Shown piece after piece: positions 1-9,692 of a stretch of DNA of 34,043 nt. A program made the position numbers and the translations under genes. The stretch lies in IMG/VR virus record IMGVR_UViG_3300049171_000185, positions 1-34,043 of that record. One strand, written 5' to 3'. How positions within the stretch are numbered: position 1 is the stretch's first letter; the number at the start of each line of letters is the position of its first letter. Source of the DNA: a virus. Lineage: Duplodnaviria > Caudoviricetes. The notes beneath the pieces are model-generated. The model searched no databases and was not told where the DNA came from. It was given only the letters and a program-made list of their open reading frames with translations.

Positions 1-1635
1 CTATGGTGTCGTGATCGGCGACGTGCCGGTACCGGCGACGGTGCAGTTGTGATTGAGGTAGATGCGAGGGGTGTTACAGGTCGCCTGCACGTTGATCGTG
101 CTGGTGATCCCCACCGTGCCCCGCTTTCGGTTCCCCGTAATCAGCAGGTCGTTGCTGTTGTCGATGTCCACCGCGTAGAGCGACGACGTGACCGTCTCGA
201 ACTCGTTGCCCTCGATCTGGAGACCGGGTGCCCACGTTGCCCGGATCGGGTAGCACTGGTTGTGGCCCGAGAAGCCCCGGAACCGGTTGCGGAGAATCCT
301 TCCCCCAACGAACGGGGCGGCGGTCGTGGCCCCAGTGAAACGGACGCCATTGCCGAGTCCGGCCTGGTTCACGATGTCGTTGTCCGCGATCGTGACGTAG
401 CCGAAGGAGGACGTAGCCGTCCCAACCACATGGATCGAGTTGTTGGCGGTACCCGCGGCGGTCCCACAGCGCTCGAGGTAGTTGCGGGCGACCACAAAAT
501 CCCGCCCGGTGTAGCCCATATAGGTATCGAGCGCGATACCCCAGACCACCACGTCCGAAATCTTCATCTCGGTGATTGAGGACCCGACGCCGTTGTAGCC
601 GTCCGTGGTCAGGGTCGTTCCGTAGCCCGACGCCAGGACCCCTAGTGGATAGTTGAGGATGCTGCCGTGGTGTACGTGGTTGCGGCTGCCCCGCATCTTG
701 ACGCCGGCGGCGACCGACCCGGTTGGCGTGACCGTGAACTTCGCCACCACCTTGTCGATGTCCCAGTCGTGTCCGTTGACGTAGAGACCGTTATCCCAGC
801 AGTTGATGGCGTCGACGCCCCAGACCCGGCCCTGGTTCGAACTTCCTCCAGCGGCCAGGAAGGCAATGCCACAGTTGCGGCCCGCGATCCTGCTGGATTG
901 GGTGTAGTCGCTGCGGATGATGTGAATGGTGGTGTGGTGCTGGTCCCAGGTTTCATGGCCAGTGATGAGTCCATCGAACTGGATGTCGTCGGCCCGGAAG
1001 TGATGGCAGGTATCGGCGTTGATGCCCTGGGAGAAGCCGCTCATGCGGATTCCCTGGACAGATGACCGCGGACTCGTCAGGAACTTCAGGGCATAGTGAT
1101 CCGCACTGCTGGTGTTGACGAATGAGGTTTCGCCGCCGGCCAGGATGAAGCCTTCGACTCGGGAGTCGGGTGCATTCATCAGCCAGAGCAGCGGGCCGAT
1201 GGGTATGCTGGGCGTGGAGATGGTGGACAGACCGTGCCCGACCAGGCTGATGGTTTTGTTCTCAATCTTTACCTGCGAATCGATCCGCAGGTTCGCCCGG
1301 TCGTCGAAGGCCACTACTGACCCGGTCGGTTGGGCGGCGAGGAAGTCCACGAAGTCGTCGCGCTCATTGGACATGCCATCGAGCGACAGGCCGTCGCTGC
1401 GGGGATTCACCCACGGCACGCCGATCGCACGGTACGTCCGCTTGATGGGATTCCCCGCGCCGTCGCCAGAGATCACTTCATCGGCGGCGAGGGTTGTGCC
1501 AGGGTCGACGCGTGCGACGCCGAGTTGGGCGGTCGTCAGTCCGCCGTCCAGCGACTCCACGCCGGACTGGAGCTCGTTGACGTCGTTCGCCCGGATCGTC
1601 TGGTTGCGCGCCTTGCGCGCGTAGCTAAGTGGCAT
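1..1635 (-). CDS. Tailspike/receptor-binding protein with right-handed parallel beta-helix (pectate-lyase-like, putative depolymerase)
   Basis: 544 aa; N-terminal ANDVNELQ anchor-like segment, then repeated beta-helix-like turns (e.g. VTIADNDIVN, LQIEGNEF, LLITGNR); last gene of tail module; stop codon at 1-3. Confidence 0.7.
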   Translation of the reverse strand: MPLSYARKARNQTIRANDVNELQSGVESLDGGLTTAQLGVARVDPGTTLAADEVISGDGAGNPIKRTYRAIGVPWVNPRSDGLSLDGMSNERDDFVDFLAAQPTGSVVAFDDRANLRIDSQVKIENKTISLVGHGLSTISTPSIPIGPLLWLMNAPDSRVEGFILAGGETSFVNTSSADHYALKFLTSPRSSVQGIRMSGFSQGINADTCHHFRADDIQFDGLITGHETWDQHHTTIHIIRSDYTQSSRIAGRNCGIAFLAAGGSSNQGRVWGVDAINCWDNGLYVNGHDWDIDKVVAKFTVTPTGSVAAGVKMRGSRNHVHHGSILNYPLGVLASGYGTTLTTDGYNGVGSSITEMKISDVVVWGIALDTYMGYTGRDFVVARNYLERCGTAAGTANNSIHVVGTATSSFGYVTIADNDIVNQAGLGNGVRFTGATTAAPFVGGRILRNRFRGFSGHNQCYPIRATWAPGLQIEGNEFETVTSSLYAVDIDNSNDLLITGNRKRGTVGITSTINVQATCNTPRIYLNHNCTVAGTGTSPITTP

Positions 1636-1643
1636 GCGTCACC

Positions 1644-2033
1644 TCACGTAATCGAGCTGTAAATCGGGAGCCAGCCGGCGCTCGTCCCGTCTTCGTTGAA
1701 CACCTGCACCTTGCCAACCACTGTGCCCACAGACGAGGCCGATACGATTGGTCCAATCTCCGGCCCCTGGGTGACGGTCGTAGAGCGTTGCACTGGGCCG
1801 AGAATGACCGGTTTGCCGTTCACCGGCAGACAGAGCACTTCGTCATTGGCAGTCAGCTTCCAGCCCGGGATCCTGGCCCGCAGTTCGGTTTCGCCGGTCT
1901 CCGCTTCCAGTCGCCGGATTCGCACCATGCCGCCCGATGTGCCGGTCACGATTGCCCGGAATGGGTCGCGGTCTCGCAGCCGGCGGGCGAGCATCTGTTC
2001 GATTCGGGCGAGGGCGTTGTCGAGGTGGCTCAT
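1644..2033 (-). CDS. Minor tail protein, possible OB-fold spike-like tip protein
   Basis: 129 aa; GMVRIR...DEVLCLPVNGKPVILGPV pattern resembles baseplate spike OB folds; lies between hub-like gene and tailspike. Confidence 0.5.
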   Translation of the reverse strand: MSHLDNALARIEQMLARRLRDRDPFRAIVTGTSGGMVRIRRLEAETGETELRARIPGWKLTANDEVLCLPVNGKPVILGPVQRSTTVTQGPEIGPIVSASSVGTVVGKVQVFNEDGTSAGWLPIYSSIT

Positions 2034-2035
2034 GG

Positions 2036-3169
2036 CTAGATCACCGTCCCTTCAATCCGGTCCGTGACGCGGTTGAGTTCGACCACCGGGCCGGATGTCG
2101 CTGGCGTGAAGCCAATCTGGGCTGTCCTCACCCACCAGCGACCATCCAGGACCGTGAGCTTCCCTGTACCGGCCAACTCGACCGTCTGGTGGGGAATCAG
2201 GAACCGAGGGTCAGGCAGGAGCGTGGTTCGTGCGGTCTGGTAGAACGTGCGTCCCTCGGACAACAGTCGATCTGCCAGCGCATCGACCGCATCCTGGTCG
2301 ACCAGTTCAGCTCGCCGCTCCACCCGTGTCCTCACCCCAAGATTGACCGTGCTGGTTGGACTGTCGGTGGCGTCGTTGCGGCGAATGGCCGTCAGCGGCG
2401 CGGCGTCGAAGTTGTCTTTGACGACGATCACCACATTGGCGACGGTCGTATCTGTGGGCTGCGTGGTGACCGGCGCCATGAGATCGGCCGGCGTGACCGT
2501 CCGGAACGGTTCGACGTACTCCACGGAGCGAGTTGGACCGCTCACCAGCGTGCCGTCCAGGTCCATGGCGAGGTTGTAGTAGCCGATGGCGGTCAGCAGT
2601 TCGTTGCAGGCTTCCAGCGCCGTCGTGCCAACCCGGAATGACTTGTCCGTTGCCAGCGTCAATGTCGTCGCCGGGATGCTGAGCCGGGTCACTCCGGTCA
2701 GGGCGGCGATGGTCAGGACGGCAGTCACGTAGTTCGTTCCAGCGGTGAGGTTGTACGTATCGGTGAAGCCGTACCCGGCCAACACGGCGGTCAGATCGTT
2801 GCCGGTATAGACGCCTTCGGCCCGTTCCACCGTCCGCGTGCCCGGTGGCACCTTCGTCGTATAGAGACCCAACTGGTCACGATCCGAACCGGACCCGTCG
2901 CCATACTCCCGATTGATGAACACCGCCAGGTAATCGACGTAGGGCGAAACCCGGGCAGCGTCCTTGACGGTGAACGTCGCCTCAGTCTTGATCGCCCGGT
3001 CGTGGTTGAGCGACGCGGAGCCGCCCACAAGCTGGTCACTGATGTCCTCGATGAGCTGGTTGTCGATCGTGGCTCGCCAGAGCTCGAAGTCGACGATGAT
3101 GTCACCGCCAGCGCCAACGATCTCGCCGTAAACATCGACCTCATAGATGCCGGCATCGTACCTGGCCAT
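2036..3169 (-). CDS. Minor tail protein (baseplate hub/Tal-like)
   Basis: 377 aa, second gene after tape measure; resembles actinophage minor tail proteins (VANVVIV, AD.LL...RT motifs). Confidence 0.6.
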   Translation of the reverse strand: MARYDAGIYEVDVYGEIVGAGGDIIVDFELWRATIDNQLIEDISDQLVGGSASLNHDRAIKTEATFTVKDAARVSPYVDYLAVFINREYGDGSGSDRDQLGLYTTKVPPGTRTVERAEGVYTGNDLTAVLAGYGFTDTYNLTAGTNYVTAVLTIAALTGVTRLSIPATTLTLATDKSFRVGTTALEACNELLTAIGYYNLAMDLDGTLVSGPTRSVEYVEPFRTVTPADLMAPVTTQPTDTTVANVVIVVKDNFDAAPLTAIRRNDATDSPTSTVNLGVRTRVERRAELVDQDAVDALADRLLSEGRTFYQTARTTLLPDPRFLIPHQTVELAGTGKLTVLDGRWWVRTAQIGFTPATSGPVVELNRVTDRIEGTVI

Positions 3170-5739
3170 CAGTCCACCCCCTCAACGAAGCGTTCGGCGC
3201 GGAGCTTCGCCTTTGCCGTGAACCAGTCGGGGAGCTGGTCGGTAATGGTCAGGTCAGGCATGGTGACGAACAGCTTGCGACGATGGTTGTCCCGGTAGCA
3301 GAAGGTGTGGCCGGACTCGTCGACTCGCTCCAGTTCGGCCAGCCGAACCATCGCCGTCGCTCCGACGTCGTTGACGATCTTGACGTCGAATCCTGGTTCC
3401 TTAACGTACGTGCGTGCCCGGACCGTCGTTGGGTCCGACCCGTCGAGTGGGTAGTAGGGGTGCTCGTCGATCTTGCGGGGGAAGTCCCGTTCGGCCGTGT
3501 GGCGAATCGTCGTCCTGGTGCCCTCCGGGTCCGTCACGCTGCAGAGGACGATTCCGCCCAGCGTCACCTCCACCGAGGAGGTCGCCGGGTCGCTGTCCAG
3601 GATGTCGAGCCCGGTGAGGATCGACTGGGTGACGCTGTAGGTGATCTCCACCCCGGGCGGCGGGAAGTAGTCGATGAAGGCCACGTCGGTCGGTGACGTC
3701 GTGCGAAGCAGCACGATCTCTTCGTTCCCGGCACGACGCTTGAAGACGTATTCCTGCCAGACGTCGGTGCCGTAGCTGGTCTGGTCGATCGTCAACCTAA
3801 CCGCGCTGGGCCAGATGTCCGTCCCGATCTTCACGAGTTCCGCCTGGAAGTTGGCGACCATGTCGGCCGGCGTGTAGGCGACATCGATGTTGATGACCGG
3901 CGACTGCCCCTCGAGCGGGTTGCCATCTTCCACCCAGACCACGAGCTCGTAGCTGGTGTTGTTGCGGTATCGGCCCGATGGGATCGTGTGGTTGCCGACC
4001 GCGCTGTTGACCACGCCGGAGTCGTAGACCAGTTCTGACGTCACATCGTCGTAGAGATAGACCCGGTATTTCTGCTGGCCTGTGACCGTCCACTCCACCA
4101 GCAGGTCGGCCGTGGTGATCGTGGCGCCATCCGTTGGGCTGGTGACCGTGACCTGCGGGCCCTCGGCAAAGATGAACGTGGCCTCACCCGACTTGGCGGC
4201 ATTGGCTTCGAGGGTCTGCTCGCCCGAGTAGAGGGTGCCATCGTAGCTGTAGGCGTCCCACCGGTACGTGGCGTACGTGGCGAGCTCGGCGACGTCCGTC
4301 TGGTACTCCCACTTGCCGGAGGTTCCGTTGTAGGTCATGTCGACCGTATCGATCAGTGACCCACCACTGTCCTTGATCCGGGCCTTGACCACGAGGCCGG
4401 TCGCGTCCGTGTCATCGGCATCAGTTGCCGTGGCAGTCAGAAGTGGATAGGTCGTGATCGGCAGGCTGTTGGCCGGTGACAGGTTGCTCGGCACCGACGG
4501 CGCGGCGTTGGTCGAGAATGACCGCTTTGCCGACCAGTCGGAGTACAGCCCGGATTCATCCTTGCCCCGAATCTGGTACTGGTAGCCGTTGCCCCATGGC
4601 AACGTCGTGAGGCCCACGTCGCCCCATGGCAGCGTAAAGTCGGTGCCTGGTGGGACCGCGCTCGCCACGTCGGTGATGTCGTACTCGGTGCCCGTCTGCA
4701 GGAGCGTGGAGCCAGCCGCGTTCCAGATCCTCACCTGAACGTGGGTCATGTCCTCGCTGGCCTGGTGGGTCCACTTGCCGTCGAAGTCCGGCGTGTTGTC
4801 CTCGATCTTGCCAGTCGGGTCGCCGTCAACGGTGACGAACCCGAGGTTGGCCGGAAGGAACGATGTCCATGCCGTCCATGCTGACCAGGTGCCAAAGTGG
4901 TCGGACATCTGCGTCCGCCATTCGTATTCCGTGCCCCGGATCAGCGTCGTGCCACCGTAGGCCCGGCTGAACGCATCGGCGGTGCGCTCGCCACTGTTCG
5001 CCGTCAGCGTCGTGTTCCAGAACGTGACGCCATCCGACTTGCGGCGCACCTGCACCCGGAACTGGTTGAGGTAGTCGCCGCGATTCTCGTTGGTATCGTT
5101 GAACGCCGCGGTAAACGTTGGCGTGGTCTCGTTGATCGTTCCGGCCGGTGAAAGGCTGGTCGGCGTGTCGGGCGCCACGTTCTCGTCACAGACGGCCCAG
5201 ATCGCCATGTGCCCTTCGGTGCTGGACACATAAGCCCCGAACGGATCGGGCGGTGGCTGGCTGAGCCCTGTGCGGTTGTAGAAGCGCTCGTTATCACCGG
5301 TGATCCGGGCAGCCGCCTGCATGGAGTGGCCCAGCGAGCCCGTGGTGCCCAGCACGGCGAGGTGGTACCTCACGCCACTACTGAGCGGGATAGCGCTCAG
5401 GGTGGCCCCGCTGGGTGCTGTCACGTCGATCACCGACACGTTGCCGACGTTGGAGGCCCCGCCCGCGATGTCGTTCATCACCGCCGTCACGGTCATGCTG
5501 GCGCTGTAGCCCAGCCGGTCGGTGGGATTCATCGAGCCATCGGTGGCGTAGATCGCCACCCGGGTGGTCACGTTATCCGGGTCTTCGGTCGTGTACTTCC
5601 CGGCCCAGATCCCAAGCTGGTAGCACCAGAGGTGCTGACTGGCAGCGTTGAAGGTATTACCACGCATCTGGCCGGGGGCAATGAAGCCGAAGTCAATGCG
5701 GGGAAGGGATGAGTGGCGTCCGTAGTTCACGATGGCCAT
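3169..5739 (-). CDS. Large minor tail protein with Ig/fibronectin-III-like repeats (possible evolved distal tail protein)
   Basis: 856 aa immediately after tape measure; repeated N.AP..P..LSP and Y.W/Q..R...G.WS.WS FnIII-like motifs; start overlaps the TMP stop. Confidence 0.7.
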   Translation of the reverse strand: MAIVNYGRHSSLPRIDFGFIAPGQMRGNTFNAASQHLWCYQLGIWAGKYTTEDPDNVTTRVAIYATDGSMNPTDRLGYSASMTVTAVMNDIAGGASNVGNVSVIDVTAPSGATLSAIPLSSGVRYHLAVLGTTGSLGHSMQAAARITGDNERFYNRTGLSQPPPDPFGAYVSSTEGHMAIWAVCDENVAPDTPTSLSPAGTINETTPTFTAAFNDTNENRGDYLNQFRVQVRRKSDGVTFWNTTLTANSGERTADAFSRAYGGTTLIRGTEYEWRTQMSDHFGTWSAWTAWTSFLPANLGFVTVDGDPTGKIEDNTPDFDGKWTHQASEDMTHVQVRIWNAAGSTLLQTGTEYDITDVASAVPPGTDFTLPWGDVGLTTLPWGNGYQYQIRGKDESGLYSDWSAKRSFSTNAAPSVPSNLSPANSLPITTYPLLTATATDADDTDATGLVVKARIKDSGGSLIDTVDMTYNGTSGKWEYQTDVAELATYATYRWDAYSYDGTLYSGEQTLEANAAKSGEATFIFAEGPQVTVTSPTDGATITTADLLVEWTVTGQQKYRVYLYDDVTSELVYDSGVVNSAVGNHTIPSGRYRNNTSYELVVWVEDGNPLEGQSPVINIDVAYTPADMVANFQAELVKIGTDIWPSAVRLTIDQTSYGTDVWQEYVFKRRAGNEEIVLLRTTSPTDVAFIDYFPPPGVEITYSVTQSILTGLDILDSDPATSSVEVTLGGIVLCSVTDPEGTRTTIRHTAERDFPRKIDEHPYYPLDGSDPTTVRARTYVKEPGFDVKIVNDVGATAMVRLAELERVDESGHTFCYRDNHRRKLFVTMPDLTITDQLPDWFTAKAKLRAERFVEGVD

Positions 5740-8504
5740 CAGACCGAGCCTCCCCGCATTGCGACTTCAGGCCCGAACTGGCGGGCGAACTCGCCGCCTG
5801 CTTCCGCATTGGCCAGGAACTCGACCCACTTGCCTGGTTCGAGGGTGACGATCTGGATGACCCGTGATTGTGATCCTGCCCCGCTGATTGCGCTGGTATC
5901 GACGCTGCCGCCGATCGCGCCGGTGTAGCCGGAAAGTTGCCTGGTCACGTCACCCCAACCCGCGTCGAGTCCGCGACCAAGGCCCTGCATGATCAGCACG
6001 CCATTGCCAAAGAGCAGCTTGGCGTCCTTCTCAGGTGGTCCCTTGAAATCGGGGATCATGCCAGTAATCGTGCTGAGAACACCCTGGAGATCGTCAATCT
6101 TGGAATTGATGCCATCGATCAATCCCTGGATAAGGCTCGCGCCAGCCGACTTGAGAATCCCCCCGAGCGACCCAACCGCACTGGAGGCGCGGCCAGGAAT
6201 GCCAGCAAGCCACTCCCGCGCCTCACTCCATTTGCTGATCATCCCGGCATGCATGCCGTTGATCAGGTCCTTGCCCTTGGAGAGCAGGGTGGTGATCAGG
6301 CTGCCGATCGAGGCGAATGCCTGAGCACCGCGCTCGTGGAGGTAGGGCTGGACACTCCCGGTCCAGTAATTCTTGGCACCGGTCAGCATGCCGGTGATCA
6401 ACTCGGGGCCGCGCGACACGATGGTTGTCAGCAGGGAACCGATCGAGGCGAACGCCTGGGCACCGCGTTCGTGCAGGTACGGCTGCACCGAACCGGTCCA
6501 GTAGTTCTTCGCCCCCGTGAGCAGCCCTGTGATGAGTTCGACGCCCTTGACGGTGAGTGTGTCGATCAACGACCCGACCGCGGTCAGCACCTTGGTTCCC
6601 AGGAGCGCCATCCACATCGCCACCAGGTACCAATTGATGTCGAGGCCGGTGACGAACCCCTGCAGAAACTCAAGCGCTTTCGGGGCCAACGTCATGCCGA
6701 CGTATCCGATCGCCACGGGCAGCGCGAGCATCATGGTGAGCAGCGCCATGCCAATACCGGCCCACAAGCCCGGATCGACGACCTTGTTGAGGAATCCCTG
6801 GAGTAGCTCGGCGGCCTTTGGGGCGAGCGTCATGGTCAGGTCGCCAATTTTCGAGCCGACCAACTCGCCCATACCGCCCCAGTTGACGCTATTGATCGCG
6901 TTGTCGTACCAGTTCTTGAGTGATGTCGCGAGATCGCCGATCTTGGACACGATCGTGGCGGCGACATCACCCACGGTCGCGGCCGCCGCGCCAATCAGCT
7001 CGCCCCACGGGACTGCGCTGGCGGCGTTCCACACCCAGAGGAATAGCGCGACGGTCAGGTCACCCAGCTTGCTCACAATGGTGCCGGTGATATCGCCCAC
7101 GGCAGATGCCGCCGTACCGATAACGCCGCCCCAATCAACGGCGGAAGCCTGGTCATAGAGCCATGTGCCGAGCCTGCCGGCGAGATCACCGAGGGCGGAC
7201 AGGATCGCACCCCAGTCGATCAGGGCGAATGCGGCCTTGATCGCATTCCAGACATTGCCAGCAGCGGCAGCGAGCGAATCGAAAGCTGCCGCGTAATTCC
7301 CATCCTTGAACTGCTGGAATGCAGTCTTGAGGTTGTCGACCATGTCGAGCAGCGGTTCGATGACAGCGGCGATCTGCGGGAACACCAGCGCCAGCGCCTT
7401 CAGTGCGGCCGAAACCGGATCGGTCATCTGCCGGAAGACATCGAACGCGACCCGAACCTCGTTGAACTTGTCGACGATCCAGCTGATGGCCGTTCCCAGC
7501 TCATCCCGGAAGATGTAGGCCAGGAGTGCGACGGCAGCGATCACGAGGCCGATCGGTGACAGGAAGAACGCAACCACGGCCGCTAGGGCGCCGATCGCTG
7601 GCAGCATCATGCCGATGATGATCAGCACGGGTCCGAGTGCCGCCGCGAGGGCCAGGATCGCCACGATCCACTTTTGGGTCGTGGGGCTGAGCGAATTGAA
7701 CGTATCAATCAGGCCCTCGAACCTTTTACCCAGACTTTCCGCAAGCGGAAGCAGATGCTTGCCCATTGCCGCAGCCGTGTCCAGGAGCTTTGCCCTGACT
7801 CTCCGTTGCATGTTCGCCCAGCTATTCGCAGTCCTGGCCGCGTCGCCCTGGGCATTGGTCGTGTTCTCCCAGAGGATGCCATTGACAGCGAGAACCCGCT
7901 CCTGGTCCGTGAGCGCATCCACGCCATCCCAGATGCCATTGTTGAGGGCGTACTGCTCGACCGCCGCCTGATTGATCGGAATGCCCAGCCGTTGCAGCGC
8001 GTCATACTCGCCGACGAACGCGCTCGTCATTGCTTCGATAACTGCCGGTTGGGAAACGTTGAAGAACGAGGCCATGTCACCCGACAAGCCGACAAGCTCG
8101 GTGGACATACCCGCCGCAACATCACGGCCAATGCCCATGTTGGTAAAGAGATTGCCCAGCGTGCCGGTCGTCCCCAGCGCAGCGGACTGCGTCATCCCAT
8201 AGGCGTTGGCGTTGGCTTCCGCCCAATCAGTGACGGCGTCTGCGGAATCTCCGTAGACGACATCCACCAGGTTCTGGGCCTCTGTGAGATCCGATGCGCC
8301 GCCGATCATGGCGCCGAACATCGCGGTGAGTGGCAGGGTGACCGCCGCGGTCATGTGCGTCCCAAAATTGGTCAGCGACTGCCCGAAGCGGCCCATCCGA
8401 TCACGGAATCCGTCAAGCCGCGATTGCGCCTGGTTCATGCCGGTGTTGAAGTTGCTGCTATCGAGCTTGAGGGCGACGGAGAGCGTCTCCAGGTTGAGGG
8501 CCAT
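5739..8504 (-). CDS. Tail tape measure protein
   Basis: 921 aa Ala/Gly-rich helical protein, hydrophobic segment LALAAALGPVLIIIG, Trp-periodic repeats, typical C-terminal KGP...D..LL motif. Confidence 0.93.
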   Translation of the reverse strand: MALNLETLSVALKLDSSNFNTGMNQAQSRLDGFRDRMGRFGQSLTNFGTHMTAAVTLPLTAMFGAMIGGASDLTEAQNLVDVVYGDSADAVTDWAEANANAYGMTQSAALGTTGTLGNLFTNMGIGRDVAAGMSTELVGLSGDMASFFNVSQPAVIEAMTSAFVGEYDALQRLGIPINQAAVEQYALNNGIWDGVDALTDQERVLAVNGILWENTTNAQGDAARTANSWANMQRRVRAKLLDTAAAMGKHLLPLAESLGKRFEGLIDTFNSLSPTTQKWIVAILALAAALGPVLIIIGMMLPAIGALAAVVAFFLSPIGLVIAAVALLAYIFRDELGTAISWIVDKFNEVRVAFDVFRQMTDPVSAALKALALVFPQIAAVIEPLLDMVDNLKTAFQQFKDGNYAAAFDSLAAAAGNVWNAIKAAFALIDWGAILSALGDLAGRLGTWLYDQASAVDWGGVIGTAASAVGDITGTIVSKLGDLTVALFLWVWNAASAVPWGELIGAAAATVGDVAATIVSKIGDLATSLKNWYDNAINSVNWGGMGELVGSKIGDLTMTLAPKAAELLQGFLNKVVDPGLWAGIGMALLTMMLALPVAIGYVGMTLAPKALEFLQGFVTGLDINWYLVAMWMALLGTKVLTAVGSLIDTLTVKGVELITGLLTGAKNYWTGSVQPYLHERGAQAFASIGSLLTTIVSRGPELITGMLTGAKNYWTGSVQPYLHERGAQAFASIGSLITTLLSKGKDLINGMHAGMISKWSEAREWLAGIPGRASSAVGSLGGILKSAGASLIQGLIDGINSKIDDLQGVLSTITGMIPDFKGPPEKDAKLLFGNGVLIMQGLGRGLDAGWGDVTRQLSGYTGAIGGSVDTSAISGAGSQSRVIQIVTLEPGKWVEFLANAEAGGEFARQFGPEVAMRGGSV
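6280..6545 (-). repeat. 45-aa (135-bp) tandem duplication within tape measure protein
   Basis: LTGAKNYWTGSVQPYLHERGAQAFASIGSL occurs twice; matching DNA starts at 6304 and 6439. Confidence 0.9.
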
Positions 8505-8525
8505 TATTCGCCACCCCCACGTCGC

Positions 8526-8548
8526 TGGTACAATCCGCTCACAAGGAG
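8526..8548 (+). promoter_or_regulatory. Extended -10 promoter (TGGTACAAT) and RBS (AAGGAG) for antisense moron
   Basis: TGnTACAAT at 8526-8534; AAGGAG at 8543-8548, 6 nt before ATG 8555. Confidence 0.6.
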
Positions 8549-8554
8549 AGACCG

Positions 8555-8947
8555 ATGAACCGTCGAATCGCCATCACCGCAACACTCGCCGCCCTGGTGG
8601 CCACACCCGCCGTCGCTCAGAACCGGACCAACGGAGACGTGCTCCGCGACCTGATCGAAACCGTGATCGCCAGTGGCGACACGTCCACGCTGGGCGAGTA
8701 CGTCACCAGCGACGTGGCCATCGCCGACTACGGCGTGAGCGGCATCGACGCATTCCGCGAGGTTTCGGACACCGGACACCAGGGTCGCCAGACCCAATAC
8801 GACGACTACTCGTTCGAGATCGTCTCGATCGCCGAGAGCGATGAATGGGCGCACGCCCTGGTGCGCTTCACCGGCGACGGCGAATCCCGGAGCGTGTTCT
8901 ATGCGGCCCGGTTCAGTGATGGACTCATTTCGGAGCTGTACTTGTAG
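8555..8947 (+). CDS. Secreted SnoaL/NTF2-like protein (moron)
   Basis: 130 aa; signal peptide MNRRIAITATLAALVATPAVA-Q; SnoaL-like pattern ending RFSDGLISE; own promoter and RBS; opposite strand to tail operon. Confidence 0.75.
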   Translation: MNRRIAITATLAALVATPAVAQNRTNGDVLRDLIETVIASGDTSTLGEYVTSDVAIADYGVSGIDAFREVSDTGHQGRQTQYDDYSFEIVSIAESDEWAHALVRFTGDGESRSVFYAARFSDGLISELYL

Positions 8948-8982
8948 GTTTGGAATTGCGCCAGGGGTGAGCATTGAACTGC

Positions 8983-9644
8983 CTAGCATTGGACCTCTCC
9001 CCCTAACGCAAGCGTGTACGCCTTCAACAGTGTTGCCATCCGCTCCGGTGACTGCGGCTCTCGTGGGCTTTCCGGCTTCCTCACGAAGTCTTCCGGCTTC
9101 GCTGCCTTCGTGCCCTTCCCTCGGTGGACGTTGAGCAGTGCCGCCGTGATCAGTCCCGCTCGCCAATCGGCGCTCTGCTCTCGCTGCTGATGGGCCTTGA
9201 TCGCCAGCAGCACCTCGGCCGGCGTCACATCCCAGAACTCGGCGAACGTGAGCCCGGCCGCGAGCGCCGACGTTAGGACCGCATCCCAGTCCCACGCCGG
9301 GGTTTTCCCGGTTTCGCCCCGGCTGCCGCCGCCTGTGCCTTTGCCTCGGGGAAGGCGTGTTCGAGCGCCTTGGTCATCGCGTCCGAAACTGCGTCATACC
9401 CCGCGTCGTCGATGATGTCGTCAACGTCCTCGACCTTGAGGCCAGGATGGTGACGAGAGAGCAGGCCCCAGATGATCGAGGTCATGGTGCCGATCCCAAT
9501 CTGCGTCAGGCCCTGCTCGGAAAAGAGCGCGATCAGCGATTGGCCGGTGTCACGCTCGATCATTCGCAGGGCACGATTCCCGGCATAGAGCGTGTACGTC
9601 GTGTCACCGACCTGCAGTGGAACTTCTCGACCGGGATCTGGCAT
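8983..9644 (-). CDS. Tail assembly chaperone, frameshifted long form (gpGT-like)
   Basis: -1 shift at G GGA AAA (9309-9303) continues as GKTPAWDWDAVLTSALAAGLTFAEFWDVTPAEVLL into ORF 8983-9228 with no stop. Confidence 0.85.
9273..9644 (-). CDS. Tail assembly chaperone, short form (gpG-like)
   Basis: 123 aa between tail tube and tape measure; ends KPGKPRRGTGMRS over slippery site. Confidence 0.88.
   Translation of the reverse strand: MPDPGREVPLQVGDTTYTLYAGNRALRMIERDTGQSLIALFSEQGLTQIGIGTMTSIIWGLLSRHHPGLKVEDVDDIIDDAGYDAVSDAMTKALEHAFPEAKAQAAAAGAKPGKPRRGTGMRS
9303..9309 (-). promoter_or_regulatory. Programmed -1 ribosomal frameshift site GGGAAAA
   Basis: X XXY YYZ heptamer in the correct phase (CCG GGA AAA). 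Confidence 0.88.
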
Positions 9645-9692
9645 GGGTCACAATCTCCGTGCGTGCATGGAATACGAGAGAACGAACAACGG

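Noticed and set aside
6280-6545. Repeat pair as DGR template/variable repeats
   Set aside because: Differences are synonymous and not adenine-specific, both copies are in one CDS, and no reverse transcriptase is present
8504-9295. 263-aa minus-strand ORF bridging chaperone and tape measure genes
   Set aside because: Overlaps the better-supported gpT-like frame and the antisense moron; low-information sequence
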